A stretch of DNA of 63,487 bases, counting the filler, from Rhabdomonas costata (lineage: Eukaryota): NCBI GenBank assembly GCA_019059605.1. It is 21 parts of 21 records of this genome, joined end to end, with 100 filler letters (N's around TTAATTAATTAA, not from the genome) between each part and the next. Parts side by side here need not be neighbours in the genome. Positions count along the whole stretch, not along the records: positions 60,571 to 63,487 come from JAHMHO010001740.1; 20 more parts are not named here. One strand, given 5' to 3'. The notes under the pieces were generated by a model. That model saw only the letters and a list, made by a program, of their open reading frames with translations. It was not told the origin of the DNA and did not search any database. This document shows, piece by piece, positions 60,977-63,487 of the stretch; position 1 is the first letter of the stretch; every line of letters begins with the position of its first letter. A program made the position numbers and the translations under genes.

Positions 60977-62942
60977 CCTTTGCCAGCATCAAGGAGTGCT
61001 GGCTCAAGGCGCACACGTCGTCTGCGGACTGCAGCACAAACGTCGGCGGCATGGCAGCATGCACATGGCGATCTGAAGCAGTGAAGCGATTCAATCCAAA
61101 CAGTCATCCGCAAAAAAGAAAATTTGGAAAACTGTAGCATTTCTTACCTCACCCCTACCGCCTGCCTTTCCCCTGTGCTGTGTTGGTGCTACACAGGACA
61201 CACTTCCCACTGAGGGGTTGCGGACTGCGCTACAGCCCCAGACCTACAACTGTCACGGTTACCTATATCTTCCTTGCTAACCACGCTTTCGAAAAAAAAA
61301 AAAAACATGGGGACGGCATCAACAACATGCGCGTCGGACCGTGGACTGTCTCATCACCCCCTCCCCCGCTTTTCACTATTGCTTAACGGAGTTCGCTGTT
61401 CATGAATACTAAACGCTATATATGCCGTGAGTAGCGCTCGACAATGAACAGCAAACGCCATTCAACTGTGAAACCGTGAGCGGCATTTCTTAGTCATGCT
61501 ACTCATGCGTTCACTGCTCAATCGTGAGGGCGGGGGGACGACAATCCAAGCCCGTCGCGCATAGCATTGCGGGGTTCGCTGCCGTAACCCGGCGGAACTC
61601 CGGGACCACGGATTCACAGTCAACGTTGAACCGATGATCAGCACAACCAAAGGCGGTCAACAAATTCATAAGGAAGCACCTAGGCTGTAAAAGTCCACCA
61701 AGGTGGGGTCGACAATGGGCCCCATAAGGTTTTTCCGGCAGGTCGAGGTGCAGCCCTCCGTTAAGGACATCGAGACGATGGGGTAGACCAGTATCAGGAA
61801 GTCCGGAGGGGAGGGGCTGCGTCGCCAAAGGCTCCCGCTCAGCAGCCCCCATGTACTGCCCGAGGAAGCGGACCCGCACTGGCGAGAGCCAAACGGGTGG
61901 GCGTAGTGTGTTGCTACTCCCAGCGCCAGGTGGGCCCCCGCGGAAAAGCTATGCAGGGAGAACAGAAAGGGCACGAGCCGTTAGTCTAATAAGTGATGCC
62001 CAATTTTACATACGTGGGTGTTTTCCCGAAGATAATAGAACTGAACAGAACATAGCAGGTGTTTTGTAGTTACCGACAACCTATGGCCCGCGTCAAAATC
62101 ACCTCAAAAGAAAGAGGTGACATTTGAACGTCAAAATCAGATTGAAAAACAAGCACAACCGATACGCACTGGAACCCAGTTTTCACCACCCGTTTTAGAG
62201 TCCGAAAAGTCCGAAAACGCCTTTTTTTTGGTGCAAACTTCTGATAATTGCGACTTTTGATTTTTCCTGCTCAAAAATTGTAAAGATGCAGAAGAGGGCT
62301 GAAGCAGGCCTGGGGTCTTTTTGAGATGACGCGGACAATATTACGATTGCATCGCGAAATTATACGATTAGTTCACGAGAGGAGAGGGCTGAGCAAAAGC
62401 AGGTATGGGGTCTCCTTAAACACAGGCCTCCCGAAACGCTGCTGGCCGGTCCTCAGGGTCAGGGGTTTACGACACCCACGCTCGGCGGCTCTTGGCCGCC
62501 TGCGGCCCACAAAGAGATCACACTGTCATCTATATCACTGTACCACAGTCACCCCACGGTGTCACCGGACTCAAGGTTGAGGTTCTCTCCTCGTATTATA
62601 ACCCCAGAGTCTTAGAGTCTTGATGGCGGAGTGGCACCTGGTCCATGAAAGAATGCTCATGAACTCATCAACGATGCACAATTACGGGAAAAAATGAATT
62701 CATAAATTCAACTTAGTCGTAATTGGCAGCGGATATCCATGATTCCCTTGTGCGTCGAGAAACCCGAGTCACGTGAACAAGTACAACCAGTGTTCCCTCA
62801 CTCATCAACTCAGAGAAGGACACACCCAACAATCCCGACCAAGTGAGGGTTCACCCTGAACCCCGAGGCCCTTTCGCGCACCAGCTCCACCGCCTGGATG
62901 CCATCCTGCAGAGGGGCGTGAAGGCCACTCCTCCAGGGCAGT
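60977..62942 (-). CDS. Alpha/beta-hydrolase esterase (bacterial acetyl-/feruloyl-esterase-like); exons 62942-62826, 61948-61680, 61072-60977
   Basis: RLP...APLQDGIQAVELVRERA....NP..VGIVG|FSAGAHLA (GxSAG nucleophile), PDFLILVYPIVS and MPPTFVLQSADD. Confidence 0.85.
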
Positions 62943-63487
62943 CTGTGGGAACCCAGAAAAACCCAGCTGTATGTCGTCTCCTCTCCTAGCTTCTCCCTCA
63001 CTCCTGGCTGCTCACTCAGCACAACGGATTAAGCATTCTTCACCCTATCACCAGACGGTTCAGCACCACATGGATGTGTCGGGTCGTGTCCGGAAATACC
63101 GAAGAGTGGGGCCGATGAAGGTACGGACTTCGGTCTGTTTAATTTGACCTTGAGCAGGTCACCTTTAACTTCGTTCCAAAGTGTTGAATTGCTTCAAGAC
63201 GACACCTTTTTTCAAAAGAAAGAATCTGTCTGCTTTTTGTTGTTTTGGTATCTCCACCACTACAGAATGCTTTTGCACAAGAAGTGCACTGTGCACTTCT
63301 GGGACTACCTCTATTACATTATCAACTCGGACGCGAAGGAGCTGGAAGAAACTCTAGAAAACCGAAGGGAACGATGAGAGAGAGATAGGCCATAGATGCA
63401 CAAGGAAACAAAGTGAAACATGACATGACTAAGACCGATGCTGCAAACCTCACCATCCCCCTCCCCAACCATGGCGCCTCACAAAAG

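Noticed and set aside
1-63487. A gene cluster or operon-like system spanning the window
   Set aside because: The contigs are independent and of similar size, so only within-contig adjacency is meaningful.
1-63487. CRISPR arrays, rRNA, tRNA or spliced-leader RNA genes
   Set aside because: None were recognised by eye; a covariance-model scan would be needed to exclude small RNAs.

Overview
This is not one locus. It is 21 unrelated ~2.9 kb contigs joined by 100-nt linkers (N44-TTAATTAATTAA-N44), so adjacency across linkers carries no information. The DNA is from an intron-rich microbial eukaryote. Many contig ends carry G/T-only or A/C-only tails and fold-back duplications typical of single-cell whole-genome amplification. 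Reconstructable partial or complete genes: gammaproteobacterial-type Asd, a permuted papain-like peptidase, a receiver domain, a PSI-repeat protein, proteasome alpha7, two tandem VDACs, a multi-Cache receptor cyclase, asparagine synthetase, a MAPR/cytochrome b5 protein, a Cys-rich receptor, an F-box/LRR protein, a frameshifted Kelch-like gene, EDRF1, a PX protein, PARP, RFC2 and an alpha/beta esterase. There is also a decayed RLE-type non-LTR retrotransposon. The most notable signals are: (1) a non-GT/AG intron with base-paired ends in the MAPR gene, matching euglenozoan nonconventional introns; (2) several GC-AG introns; (3) a receptor cyclase with at least 4 tandem bacterial-type Cache-like repeats; and (4) an intronless, >900 aa uncharacterised alpha-2-macroglobulin-like ORF. 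Family calls come from motif recognition by eye; no searches were run.
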